DNA of 64,000 nucleotides, from the IMG/VR virus record IMGVR_UViG_3300035660_000005, positions 1 through 64,000 of that record. The stretch is one strand, 5' to 3'. Positions 9,804 through 18,811 of this stretch are shown here, piece after piece. This DNA is from a virus. Below the pieces are notes generated by a model. That model worked only from the letters and a program-made list of their open reading frames with translations. It was not told the DNA's origin and searched no databases. Position numbers and translations under genes: made by a program. How positions within the stretch are numbered: the stretch's first letter is position 1; each line of letters begins with the position of its first letter.

Positions 9804-12739
9804 CGCCTCACCTTCTGCGTCCTGCCGACGTACTCGGTAGACATGGACTCGCGCACGCGCGTCACGAACGTGCCAGCCCTCAGCTCGCTCCACCCGCGCT
9901 CGAGATCGTCGAGTGTGAGCTCTTTGTCTTCACCCCAGCGCTCGCGCACCTTGACGGCTACGGGCAAGTACCACCCATCCGGCCACCTGAGTCCGCCCCA
10001 GTATCGATTCGTCGCGAAGGGGATGATCAGCTTCGGTACACTATACATGACGTCGTGGATGAGCCGCTTGCAGGCGTCGATGTGCTTCGTAGGCACGACG
10101 GAGATCAACGAGTCATGCAGGCTGATGGCGAGGTGGGCTCCATACTCGTGGTGAAACACTCGTGCTGGGTAGTCCCCAAAGCGCTCTCTCAGCAGTCGAT
10201 GTATGAGGATGCTGTCACCGTACTCCTCGACGCCCTGCCAGTCGTTCAACCCGATCGTTGCGAGGTGCAGAATGTCCGCCGCCGAGCCCTGTGGGAACAT
10301 GCTGATCGCCTCTCTACGGAAGTGTCCTTGCTCCCAGTTCGGACGTCCGTAGACGAGCCCGTCTATCTTCCATTTCCGGAAGTGGCGCACTCGGTCGAAG
10401 ACGTTGGCCGCGATGCGGCGCTCGTTAAGGAGCGCTCTGACCTGGTCGTGATATTCTCTGATCGCCGGATAGACCTTGAAGTAGTTGTCAATCTCCGCCT
10501 TGGCCTCGTCAAGGGGAATACCGAACGCCGCAGCAACGGAGCCCGGCCCACGACCGAAGTTCACACCATGGGTGAAGGTCTTGGCCTTCATTCTGTGGTC
10601 GCCAGTAACCTCCTCAAGTGGCACGTGGAGAACACTCACGGCTGCGGCCGCATGCATGTCCAAGCGCTTATGCCCTGTCAATGCAAGGTGCTCCTCGAGC
10701 TCGTCTGGGATCTCGAAGTACAACGAACCGCAGGTCGCGCAGGACTGCAACTGCTGTATGTAGAGATCGCAGCCGGCCACGTACGCCTCGATCCTGTTCT
10801 CAATCTGGCTGTAGTCCGCATCAACGAGAAGGTGATCAGCGGGTGCGCGAATCATGTTGCGCACGACCGGACTACCGGGTGGGTTCTGCACGTTCGGTCT
10901 GGAGCTCGAAAGGCGCCCACTCTCAGTGCCTGGGATGTGGAAGGTTGGATGCAGGCGACCGTTGGGTTTGACGTATCGCAGCCACGCCTTCGCCTTGTCG
11001 GTTCCGTCACCAATGAATGTCGAGCGCAGCTTGAACACCTGGCTCAGCTCGAGTAGCGTCGTCAAGACCTCTCTTTGCAAGGACGTGAGCTTCGGCGTCT
11101 CGAGTAGGTCCAGTATCGAGCCCTTGGACGACTCACCCTTCGCGGAACCCTGTGAGCCGGCCTTCTTCGTCTCCTCCGCGCTGGGCCTCTTCAAGCCCAG
11201 TCCGATCTTCACGCCCTCCTCACCAATGTGTTCGTACAGCAACCGCTTCAGCTGTGTGTGACTGTTGTAGTTTGTGGGCGGCCTAACGCCACCCCGAACG
11301 AGCACCTCGTCGAGGTGCTCCCTGAGCTCTCTCACCTTCTTGTCTATTTGTGTCCCGAGAGCTCGCATGTACTCGACGTCCATTGGGATGCCTTGGCTTG
11401 ATGCGTACGTCAGGGCGCGCGACAGCGGCATAGCGATCTCATGGAGCAGCCACTCGCCTGCTGGGTTTATCCTGCGCAGCTTCTCGAGTGTGATGTCCTT
11501 GAGGCGACGCTCGCAGTCGGCGTCGGTTGCACTGTACGTCCAGAGTGTCTCCTCAGGGGCACACGCGTAGGAGTGCTTGATCGTCGGTGCCCAGCGCTTG
11601 AGTTCTACATCGTACTTGGGGAAGATACCGTAGACCTCACTCAAGTGTTCGAGGTCGTGAGACCGCTTCTGTTCGTGGTAGAGATGATGTGAGAGCATCG
11701 TGTCGTACTCGAAGCGGCGGACACGGATGTCAAGCTGCTCACGGCAGAAGGCTATGTCGAACGCACCGTTCTGTGCGGACTTCGGCACATCACTCTCGAG
11801 GATCTCCTTGAGTACGGCCTTCACGCACACCAGCGCCTTCGGAGACCACAGTGTGCGCGGCGTACCGCGCCTCGTCCCTACGGTCTCGAGCACTTCTTCG
11901 AGCGAGAGACCGTCGCATTCGATGTAGCGGCCGACCAGCGGTATGACGTACCCTTCACCTGGCACCGTTGAGAAACTAGCGCACAGCACCTGGTTCTCAT
12001 ACGGATCCAAGCCCTCGGTTTCGAGGTCGAATGTGATCTCTTCTGCACTGAGTAGGTAGTCCCGCAACTCGTCGAGCTGTACCAGCGCTTCGGTCTCGGT
12101 GCACTCCGGACCGGGCACGACTATGCGGTAGTCGCCAAACGCCTCGAACTCGCCGGCCTCTTCCTTTGTCGGTTCCGGTAGCGCGTTGGGTTGCAACGCA
12201 TCGTACGCCCGTTGCAGGTCAGCACGGAACTGCTCCTCGTACTGATCCTCATGTTGCATCACTGCACTTGGGTGGTACGTGACGACAGTTTTGACTCCAA
12301 ACTGGTCGCACTTGAACGGCTTGCCGCGCGCCTGTCCGACGGGCATCTCACAGTGCACGGCATCGAGCGCGGAACCACCAAGTGCTACGATGAGCTTCGG
12401 GTTGAGTTGCTCAACGTCCTCCTTGAGGTACTGACGGCAGATCCCGATCTGCTCCGTCGTCGGAGGTGCCTGTGTGCCGCCGCGCTTCGGTGGCCAGCAA
12501 CGGCAGGCGTTCGCGTATGCCACACGGGCTGGGTCGAAGCCGACTTGGCGCAGTCCGTCCCTGAGGTACTGACCGGCTCGTCCTACGAATGGACGTCGTC
12601 GCTGGTCCTCGTCCCTACCGGGTGCCGCACCAACAAACAGTACATCAGCACCCTCAGGCAGTGTCGAGTTGACAACTGCGCTGCGGGGCTCGCGGGACTT
12701 CCAGAGTGGACAGAGCCTGCAATCGGGTGGTGCTGGCAT
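9800..12739 (-). CDS. polA: Family A DNA polymerase with N-terminal family-4 UDG-like domain and 3'-5' exonuclease
   Basis: UDG: CxxC, GAAPG..PFVGRAG, YHPS. Exonuclease: FDLET, QNGAFD, YSATD. Polymerase: TESGRLSSSRPNVQN, ADYSQIE, RxxAK, HD. Confidence 0.93.
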   Translation of the reverse strand: MPAPPDCRLCPLWKSREPRSAVVNSTLPEGADVLFVGAAPGRDEDQRRRPFVGRAGQYLRDGLRQVGFDPARVAYANACRCWPPKRGGTQAPPTTEQIGICRQYLKEDVEQLNPKLIVALGGSALDAVHCEMPVGQARGKPFKCDQFGVKTVVTYHPSAVMQHEDQYEEQFRADLQRAYDALQPNALPEPTKEEAGEFEAFGDYRIVVPGPECTETEALVQLDELRDYLLSAEEITFDLETEGLDPYENQVLCASFSTVPGEGYVIPLVGRYIECDGLSLEEVLETVGTRRGTPRTLWSPKALVCVKAVLKEILESDVPKSAQNGAFDIAFCREQLDIRVRRFEYDTMLSHHLYHEQKRSHDLEHLSEVYGIFPKYDVELKRWAPTIKHSYACAPEETLWTYSATDADCERRLKDITLEKLRRINPAGEWLLHEIAMPLSRALTYASSQGIPMDVEYMRALGTQIDKKVRELREHLDEVLVRGGVRPPTNYNSHTQLKRLLYEHIGEEGVKIGLGLKRPSAEETKKAGSQGSAKGESSKGSILDLLETPKLTSLQREVLTTLLELSQVFKLRSTFIGDGTDKAKAWLRYVKPNGRLHPTFHIPGTESGRLSSSRPNVQNPPGSPVVRNMIRAPADHLLVDADYSQIENRIEAYVAGCDLYIQQLQSCATCGSLYFEIPDELEEHLALTGHKRLDMHAAAAVSVLHVPLEEVTGDHRMKAKTFTHGVNFGRGPGSVAAAFGIPLDEAKAEIDNYFKVYPAIREYHDQVRALLNERRIAANVFDRVRHFRKWKIDGLVYGRPNWEQGHFRREAISMFPQGSAADILHLATIGLNDWQGVEEYGDSILIHRLLRERFGDYPARVFHHEYGAHLAISLHDSLISVVPTKHIDACKRLIHDVMYSVPKLIIPFATNRYWGGLRWPDGWYLPVAVKVRERWGEDKELTLDDLERGWSELRAGTFVTRVRESMSTEYVGRTQKVRR

Positions 12740-13321
12740 TTAATCGTGCATCAAGTGGAGCCGCCTGGCGGCCTCCTTGAGTTCTCCCATGCCCTGTACT
12801 CCTCCGAACACGACATGTGCAACCTCGAGGAGGAGCCGGCGTGTGCTCGATGTCGGGAGTCCGAGCATGCGAGCTGCTTCTCGCTTGCTGTAGTCCTGCA
12901 CGAGCACAGCGTGTGCAAGTCTGAATGCGTCGTTGCTGACGGACCCCCTAAGGTCCTCTACGACCGCCGCGACACTTGGGCGCCCGAAGCTGAGGTCCGG
13001 CACGCAGGCCGCGATCTCATCCGTCAGTCGAAGCATCTGGGCGTGCTCCCTCCGATGCTTCAGCTGTCGCGCACGTCGTTGGGAAAGGCTGGACAAGCTC
13101 CTGCGCATGGCGAGACGAAGGAGTGTATTGAACGACGCGCCGCGCGAGGAGTCGTAGGCCCTGTCCACGCGCAGGAACGCGTTGTGTGCTTCATCGATGA
13201 GCTCGTCGACGTCGACATGACGTGCGTACGTAGCCTTCGCGTAGCGCACTGCGGATGCGATAAGGGGTCGTGTCTCGATGTAGCGGGCCGTGGTCAACTC
13301 AGCGGACCTAACATGCTTCAT
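12740..13321 (-). CDS. Sigma70/ECF-family sigma factor-like protein
   Basis: Region-2-like DELIDEAHNAFLRVDRAYDSSRGASFNT; region-4 HTH YSKREAARMLGL. Confidence 0.75.
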   Translation of the reverse strand: MKHVRSAELTTARYIETRPLIASAVRYAKATYARHVDVDELIDEAHNAFLRVDRAYDSSRGASFNTLLRLAMRRSLSSLSQRRARQLKHRREHAQMLRLTDEIAACVPDLSFGRPSVAAVVEDLRGSVSNDAFRLAHAVLVQDYSKREAARMLGLPTSSTRRLLLEVAHVVFGGVQGMGELKEAARRLHLMHD

Positions 13322-13866
13322 CAGCTTACTCCCTTGAAACGTGAGATGTCAAGCGTCGAAACGCGCCTGCGCTTGCGCTCACGGTAACGGCGGCCCCACT
13401 CGCGCTGGTGCGCCTTGCGCTCCTCGTCCGTTAGCCGGCGTGGTCGAGGACAGGCAGCTCTCGGTGCAACCTTGAGTCCTGCCTCCCTGGCACTGAGGTA
13501 AAGTACACCATACGAGCCGAAGCCGTGTTCCTCGAGCACCATCAAGAAGGCAGCCATGAACTCGGGTCCGTGTCCGCACCAACAACCAACAAGAGCGTGC
13601 ACCGTCTCGTGCAGAACCACCAGAGTATGCCGAGCCCACCTCGGCAGGGTAATCAGCCACGGCGAGCCACGCGCCATCCGCCACTTGTGAGCTGTCGCCC
13701 TCACACGAGGGCCTTCACCAGACTTGTAGCGCTGCCAGACCTCTCGAACCAGGTCGGCACACTGCGTAGCGGACAGTTGAATGTTCGCCGGCGAGGACTG
13801 GAGTTGCGCCTGCCAGCGGTACTCTCGCTGCCGCTGAAAGTCCCTAATCTTGGTCACGATCTGCAC
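13321..13866 (-). CDS. SprT-like zinc metalloprotease domain protein
   Basis: VLHETVH...HGPEF. Confidence 0.65.
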   Translation of the reverse strand: MQIVTKIRDFQRQREYRWQAQLQSSPANIQLSATQCADLVREVWQRYKSGEGPRVRATAHKWRMARGSPWLITLPRWARHTLVVLHETVHALVGCWCGHGPEFMAAFLMVLEEHGFGSYGVLYLSAREAGLKVAPRAACPRPRRLTDEERKAHQREWGRRYRERKRRRVSTLDISRFKGVS

Positions 13867-14158
13867 CGGTGCCCTTCCCTCGCTTGAGTTCAGCTTTGCG
13901 CTCCTCCATGACCTGGCCCAGCTTGCTGAGCGAGGTGTGGATCACGCGGCCGTCCTTGAGGTGAACCTCAATGGGCGTGCATGCCGCGAGGTACGCCTGC
14001 ATCTCGTCCGAGTCCAAGCTGAGACGGCCGTCGGCGCGGTAGGTTGTGCGCACACTTCTGGTTGTGCCACTGGCCACCTGCCGAATCTTCTGGCGCTCTC
14101 GGTACTGCCGACCCAGCTCCTTGGCCCGTTCTTTGTTCCGCTGGTACCAGCTCGTCAT
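13844..14158 (-). CDS. Hypothetical protein
   Basis: MTSWYQRNKERAK..; RBS upstream of ATG 14158. Confidence 0.55.
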   Translation of the reverse strand: MTSWYQRNKERAKELGRQYRERQKIRQVASGTTRSVRTTYRADGRLSLDSDEMQAYLAACTPIEVHLKDGRVIHTSLSKLGQVMEERKAELKRGKGTGADRDQD

Positions 14159-14160
14159 TT

Positions 14161-14691
14161 CTAGTTCTCCTCGTCCTCCTCGTCTTCGCTCTCCATGAAC
14201 CGGACTTCGACGACGACCGGACGTCCACGAACGTCCCGCTGAACGTACACAGGATAGGAGCCGTCGCCGTAGCCGGTGGCTGAGATTGCACCCTCGCCGA
14301 AGCCGAAGAAGTGCAGGTCGTCGTCCCACTCGCCGTCCGACTTCTTGTAGCGCTCGAGTACCGCGTTGTAGTTCAGTGGGAACGCACCGGCGCAGCCGAT
14401 GAACATCTGGCCACTGTCCACACCGTTATGCCCGAGAAGCTCGTGCGAGGATGTGAAGGGGCTGGTCTCGAAGCCCTGGCGCGTGGCGCGCAACACGCTG
14501 ACGCGGTCGCCCCAGTCGCCCTCGTCGCTGGTCTTGACCTCGGCCACCCAGGTGCCCTCACAGTCGTCGAGGATGACGCCCAAGTCGCCCAGCGACTCGA
14601 GTTGGTCGTCCTCGTCAATGTAGCATGGATCGGCGATCAGCAGTTGGCCTTGTACGCTGAACGCCACCCTGGTCACGATCTCCTCCGCCAT
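14161..14691 (-). CDS. DUF4241-like hypothetical protein
   Basis: LLIADPCY, GVDSGQ, TGYGDGSYPVY motifs. Confidence 0.65.
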   Translation of the reverse strand: MAEEIVTRVAFSVQGQLLIADPCYIDEDDQLESLGDLGVILDDCEGTWVAEVKTSDEGDWGDRVSVLRATRQGFETSPFTSSHELLGHNGVDSGQMFIGCAGAFPLNYNAVLERYKKSDGEWDDDLHFFGFGEGAISATGYGDGSYPVYVQRDVRGRPVVVEVRFMESEDEEDEEN

Positions 14692-14709
14692 CCGATCCTC
14701 CTTCTCTGC

Positions 14710-15066
14710 TCACCTTGAGCAGAACTTGCAGGCCTGGCGCGAGCCGCGCTTGCTGCACGGCGTCGTGTCCTTGGCCTTGCCCATGTCCGGGCAGCTCACC
14801 GGACCGTGATCTACGAGCGTGCCTTGCTCGACCGTGTCCTCGTCTTCCTCGAACCCGAGGACCGGTTGCTCGATGCCGCGCTCTTGTTGCTCGGCCCACT
14901 GCCGGCCTTCGCGAGCCAACTGGTGGCCGTACTCGCGTTCTATCTTCGTGGCGGCTTTGGCAGCCAGCACACGTTCGCACTCGCGGTTGGGGTCGAGCTT
15001 GTCCCGTTTGCGCTCGCGGTAGCGCCGTGAGGCTTCCTTGCCCTTCTCTGTCTGCCAGTACTTCAT
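14710..15066 (-). CDS. Hypothetical protein (Cys-rich C-terminus)
   Basis: GAGG RBS before ATG 15066. Confidence 0.55.
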   Translation of the reverse strand: MKYWQTEKGKEASRRYRERKRDKLDPNRECERVLAAKAATKIEREYGHQLAREGRQWAEQQERGIEQPVLGFEEDEDTVEQGTLVDHGPVSCPDMGKAKDTTPCSKRGSRQACKFCSR

Positions 15067-15068
15067 CT

Positions 15069-15314
15069 CTACCTCGCTGCCTTCTGGCGCGCTGTCCAGC
15101 CGGCCCAACCACTGTTGCAACCGTCCCACCGCCACCGGTAGCCGTCGTAGTCGAACCACAGGTAGCGCTTACTACCGCTCTCGCTCACGATGATGGCCCG
15201 GTGCCAGGAGCCGGTGTAGTAGAGGTCTACGATGTGCCACCGTTCGTGGCTGCGGCCTTCGAGCCGCTCAACGTAGGCGTCCAACTCAGTTGCGTGCTCG
15301 TCTGTCATCGACAT
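15069..15314 (-). CDS. Hypothetical protein
   Basis: Strong RBS; in operon. Confidence 0.55.
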   Translation of the reverse strand: MSMTDEHATELDAYVERLEGRSHERWHIVDLYYTGSWHRAIIVSESGSKRYLWFDYDGYRWRWDGCNSGWAGWTARQKAAR

Positions 15315-15324
15315 CTCCTACCTC

Positions 15325-15423
15325 CTACTTTGTCCTCTCGTTGTAGTGCTCGAGGTTGAAGACGATCATCGCAGTGAGCATCGAGGTGCTCTGCGGTTGG
15401 CCCTTGCTCTCTGTCGTCTTCAT
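15325..15423 (-). CDS. Small protein (32 aa, MKTTESKGQ...)
   Basis: Starts directly at the promoter-RBS cassette; hand-translated. Confidence 0.45.
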   Translation of the reverse strand: MKTTESKGQPQSTSMLTAMIVFNLEHYNERTK

Positions 15424-15478
15424 CTCCTCTTACCTCCACCTATATCATCCATGATAGGAAGACAGAGGTCAACGGGTT
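15415..15478 (-). promoter_or_regulatory. Sigma70-type promoter + RBS cassette, copy 1
   Basis: TTGACC-17-GATGAT..GGAGGTAAGAGGAG-ATG; 64 bp identical to 37645-37708. Confidence 0.75.
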
Positions 15479-15547
15479 TTCACACGCATTATCTACTTTC
15501 GGGATTTGATATGCGAATAACTCGTGGCTCGCGCCGCTCTATTTCCG

Positions 15548-15659
15548 AAGTAAAGAGGGTCAAATATATCCTGATTCCACGGCCTACCGGACTATACAGG
15601 TCTTCCAATCGACAGCGATTCTCGTGCATCCTACTGCGTCTGAGAACGTTTAGCTGTGA
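15548..15659. repeat. Degenerate intergenic repeat, copy A
   Basis: AAGTAAAGAGGGTC.AATATATCCTGATTCCAC.GCCT.CCGGACTATACAG ... TTTAGCTGTGA, shared with 41550-41660. Confidence 0.75.
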
Positions 15660-15697
15660 ACCCGATTCACCTGCGGTAAGCGGTATAGAGAGGTGAG

Positions 15698-16069
15698 ATG
15701 GGAGTTCCACTTAAACGTCGCACCGCACGAGAGATGACTGAGCCGGAGCGGGCTTGGGTAGGAGCGCTGCTTGAGGGCGAAGGCAGTGTTTACCCTAACG
15801 GCGGCGGCACCACGATATGCGTAGCTAACACCGACCTCGAACTGATCTCGGCTTTGTTACGGCTCACTGGGGTTGGATGCGTGTCTCTGCAGACACGTGC
15901 AGGGCAACGTAGAGGAAGTGGCACCGCCCGTCATGATCTTTGGTTGTGGACTCTCCACCGACACAACGACGTCTACGCGGTTGCCTGCCAGTGCACCGAG
16001 TATTCGCAGAAGGCTCAACGCGCCATGAAGCTTATCGAACAGCGGGAGGCCAAGCGTGCAGAGCACTAA
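15698..16069 (+). CDS. LAGLIDADG homing endonuclease-like protein
   Basis: AWVGALLEGEGSV motif, ANTD.ELI. Confidence 0.75.
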   Translation: MGVPLKRRTAREMTEPERAWVGALLEGEGSVYPNGGGTTICVANTDLELISALLRLTGVGCVSLQTRAGQRRGSGTARHDLWLWTLHRHNDVYAVACQCTEYSQKAQRAMKLIEQREAKRAEH

Positions 16070-16724
16070 GCCAATCACAATCGGCGTCGACGAGTGTAAT
16101 TTTAGTCCGAGTATCTGTGGCGACTGTGTAGTCGCGGCTTGCACGTTGACTGCCGAGCCACCTGAGGGGCTGCTCGGAGACTCCAAGAAGCTGTCGCGGG
16201 CACGACGGCTCGCAGCCTTCGAGTGGCTGCAAGAGAACTCGCTGTACGTCGTGGAGATCGCCGCAGTGAACCACATCTCGCTCTGCGGTGTGTACAAGGC
16301 GCGCAACGCAGCCGCGAGGCGGGCCGCCGAGGGCTTGATAGCCCTCCTGGAAACCCAGGACGTGTGCGTCGTCATCGACGGCAACCCCTTCCCGTTGGGG
16401 TCACCAGGACGGCTGTGGCAGCACTCAACCCAGGTGAAGTTCATCGTACGTGCCGACGAGACCGTGCCCGAGGTCTCGGCTGCGTCCATTATTGCCAAGA
16501 CCTACACTGACGCCCTCTTCGACGGCTGGGGTCGGAACTGGGCTGGCTACGGTATGGAGCGCGACCACGGCTCCCCGAGTACGAAGCACAAAGACGCACT
16601 GCGCAAGCAAGGCCCATCGCCGCTACACCGCACCCACCACTACGGAGCCGACTGGTGGAAGCAGCTACTGGGTACGGACTGTCACTGCGGTTCGATTGGG
16701 CGTCGATACCCCATCGGGTCGTAA
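16056..16724 (+). CDS. rnhB: Ribonuclease HII
   Basis: GVDE, DSKKLS, IDGN, VSAASIIAK, GPSPLHR. Confidence 0.9.
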   Translation: MQSTKPITIGVDECNFSPSICGDCVVAACTLTAEPPEGLLGDSKKLSRARRLAAFEWLQENSLYVVEIAAVNHISLCGVYKARNAAARRAAEGLIALLETQDVCVVIDGNPFPLGSPGRLWQHSTQVKFIVRADETVPEVSAASIIAKTYTDALFDGWGRNWAGYGMERDHGSPSTKHKDALRKQGPSPLHRTHHYGADWWKQLLGTDCHCGSIGRRYPIGS

Positions 16725-16743
16725 AGAGCAGGGGGAGACACTC

Positions 16744-17112
16744 ATGCTGAGCATCACGACCAAGGTCACAGTTCCAGGCTACCACCATTGGGCCGGCGCT
16801 CCGGACAATGCACAGAACTTCCTGAAGAACATCCACCGACATCTCTTCACGTTCGAGGCCGAGGTGCAGGTAACCGGAAGCCGCCAGGTCGAGTTCTTCG
16901 AGTTGCAGGAGCGGATGCGCTACATACTCGAGAGGGTCGGCTACTTCAACGGCCTACTTGTGAGCAGACATGGCACATCGATGTCGTGCGAGCAGATGGC
17001 TGAGACGATGGCACGGGCGCTGTACAACCAGCACGGTCACATGGTGCTGAAGGTGTCCGTGTCAGAGGATGGCGAGTCTAGCGGGACTTGGACGCGCGAC
17101 CGATACGAGTAA
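16744..17112 (+). CDS. QueD-like T-fold protein (DpdL-like)
   Basis: GYHHW, LKNIHRHLF (LxxxHRHxF), VEFF, SCEQMA, VSEDGE; ATG at 16744 with RBS. Confidence 0.7.
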   Translation: MLSITTKVTVPGYHHWAGAPDNAQNFLKNIHRHLFTFEAEVQVTGSRQVEFFELQERMRYILERVGYFNGLLVSRHGTSMSCEQMAETMARALYNQHGHMVLKVSVSEDGESSGTWTRDRYE

Positions 17113-17115
17113 GTC

Positions 17116-17631
17116 ATGCGGCAGTTACTGACGCGCGAAGCGGTTGAGGACATCGTGCTCGCACTCGCCGAGCGCATCGAGGACGATGAGCGCCTCGGCG
17201 ACGACCCCCTGATGCTCGGTGTGTTGAATGGTGCGTTCATGTTCGTCGCTGACTTAGTGCGCGCACTCGAATGTGGTGTCGCGTGGAGTCATGGCGACGT
17301 CGCATTCATTGGTGTGTCCAGCTACGGCGACAAACAGACCAGCTCCGGTGAACCTGTGTGCACCTACCGACCCGATGTGAACCTGCGCGGACGAACCATA
17401 CTACTGGTGGAAGACATCGTGGATAGCGGCTGCACCATCGAGTGGCTCGACAGCTACTTACACGATGCTGGTGCCGAGCGTGTGCTTGTGTGCTCGCTGC
17501 TGGTGCGTGAAGGCAAAGAGCACCTGGTGGACTTCATCGGGCGCGTGATCAAGCACGGCGACTTCGCATTCGGCTACGGCCTAGACTTGAAGCACCGCAT
17601 GCGGGGCCTGCCGGACATATGGGTCGAGTAG
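17116..17631 (+). CDS. hpt: Hypoxanthine/guanine phosphoribosyltransferase
   Basis: GVLNGAFMFVADL, VSSYG, LLVEDIVDSG, FGYGLD..RGLP. Confidence 0.9.
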   Translation: MRQLLTREAVEDIVLALAERIEDDERLGDDPLMLGVLNGAFMFVADLVRALECGVAWSHGDVAFIGVSSYGDKQTSSGEPVCTYRPDVNLRGRTILLVEDIVDSGCTIEWLDSYLHDAGAERVLVCSLLVREGKEHLVDFIGRVIKHGDFAFGYGLDLKHRMRGLPDIWVE

Positions 17632-17644
17632 TAGGGAGGCCAAC

Positions 17645-18187
17645 ATGAGTGGCAGCAAGACACGAGCCAGCTTGGCAGTCGAGCTCCGCTTGACGGAGCC
17701 GATCACCGTCTACCTCGCCGGCCCGATCTCGCACTTGTCGTACGACGAGGCCATGAGCCGTCGCGCCGAGCTTATTGAGCCGCTGCGGGCCGCACAAGTC
17801 ACCTACGGAATCAGGTTCGCCATTCGTTCCCCCATGAGGGGCAAGATGTTCCTAGCGCACGTGCGCGGTCCGTTGAAGCCCGGTGGCTATCGGCAAGCCA
17901 TGAGCACCGACTCGGCCATCGTCGGCAGGGACGAGACAGATGTCCGCGTCTGCGAGGTCATGATCGCAGACTTCCTCGGTGCGCCCGAGAAGAGCATCGG
18001 CACTTGTGTCGAATTCGGCCTCTGCTTGGCGTGGCATAAGTTCGTGATCATGATCATCGAGGAGGGTAAGCTCAACCCTCACGACCACGGCTTCCTCCGG
18101 CGCATCGCCCACTGTATAGTCCGCACGCGGGAGGAGGCGGTCAAGGCGCTGCTCCAGTATGCAGGAGTCGAGCCGGACGAGAGCTAG
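17645..18187 (+). CDS. Nucleoside 2-deoxyribosyltransferase / nucleotide N-glycosidase-like protein
   Basis: VYLAGPI, RD..DV..C, SIGTCVEFG. Confidence 0.75.
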   Translation: MSGSKTRASLAVELRLTEPITVYLAGPISHLSYDEAMSRRAELIEPLRAAQVTYGIRFAIRSPMRGKMFLAHVRGPLKPGGYRQAMSTDSAIVGRDETDVRVCEVMIADFLGAPEKSIGTCVEFGLCLAWHKFVIMIIEEGKLNPHDHGFLRRIAHCIVRTREEAVKALLQYAGVEPDES

Positions 18188-18246
18188 AGCCGTAGTGTTG
18201 CCCTCAGCGGTGATGTATAGTGAGCGCACAAGGCAGGAAATGTGTG

Positions 18247-18498
18247 ATGGTGGCTCGCAGAACTTCGGAAGTCGATGCGGATCTCGCCGAGTTCCGCGGC
18301 CAGGTGCTTGAGTTCATGCGTCACCAGGACGAAGTCAACGCGTCGTTCAGTCACTTCCTCGTCAACTGTTTTCCCCACTTCGTCGAAGCCGTCGGTCGGC
18401 TCGAAGGCAGTGTGCGGTGGATCATGTGGGGTCTCGGCGCGCTGGTGACAATTGGGCTAGCGGCTGGGGTCGCTAACGTAGTGTCGGTGTTCAAGTAG
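18247..18498 (+). CDS. XhlA-like membrane protein / holin partner
   Basis: Helical N-terminus plus C-terminal TM helix, upstream of the endolysin. Confidence 0.5.
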   Translation: MVARRTSEVDADLAEFRGQVLEFMRHQDEVNASFSHFLVNCFPHFVEAVGRLEGSVRWIMWGLGALVTIGLAAGVANVVSVFK

Positions 18499-18511
18499 GA
18501 GGTTCGAGGAC

Positions 18512-18736
18512 ATGCTCTCTAAGCTCATTGCCTTCGTGAAGTCGTATCCGGTGGTCGGCGCTACGTGGCGCCTACTTCGTGCGGCTGGAGCCTACGGACT
18601 CGGCGCGGCAATCGCCTACCTCGCTGGGCACTTCGCCGGTCTCCCAGTGCCCGTCGTTTGGATTCCTACCATCGGTTTCTGCATCCAGGCCCTCGACAAG
18701 TTCCTGCGTGAGAAGGGCGTCATCAACTACCCCTAA
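18512..18736 (+). CDS. Putative holin
   Basis: 74 aa, two hydrophobic helices, charged C-terminus, directly before the endolysin. Confidence 0.6.
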   Translation: MLSKLIAFVKSYPVVGATWRLLRAAGAYGLGAAIAYLAGHFAGLPVPVVWIPTIGFCIQALDKFLREKGVINYP

Positions 18737-18811
18737 TCGAACACGCACGGGTGCGGGATGTGTTTCACGTTCGACCGTGAATCCGGTAACGCATGAGGAC
18801 AGGAGTGTAAG

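Noticed and set aside
9800-12739. Intein or intron in PolA, helicases or TerL
   Set aside because: No intein splice motifs (C/S...HN) or size excess beyond the UDG domain and small inserts; the frames are continuous
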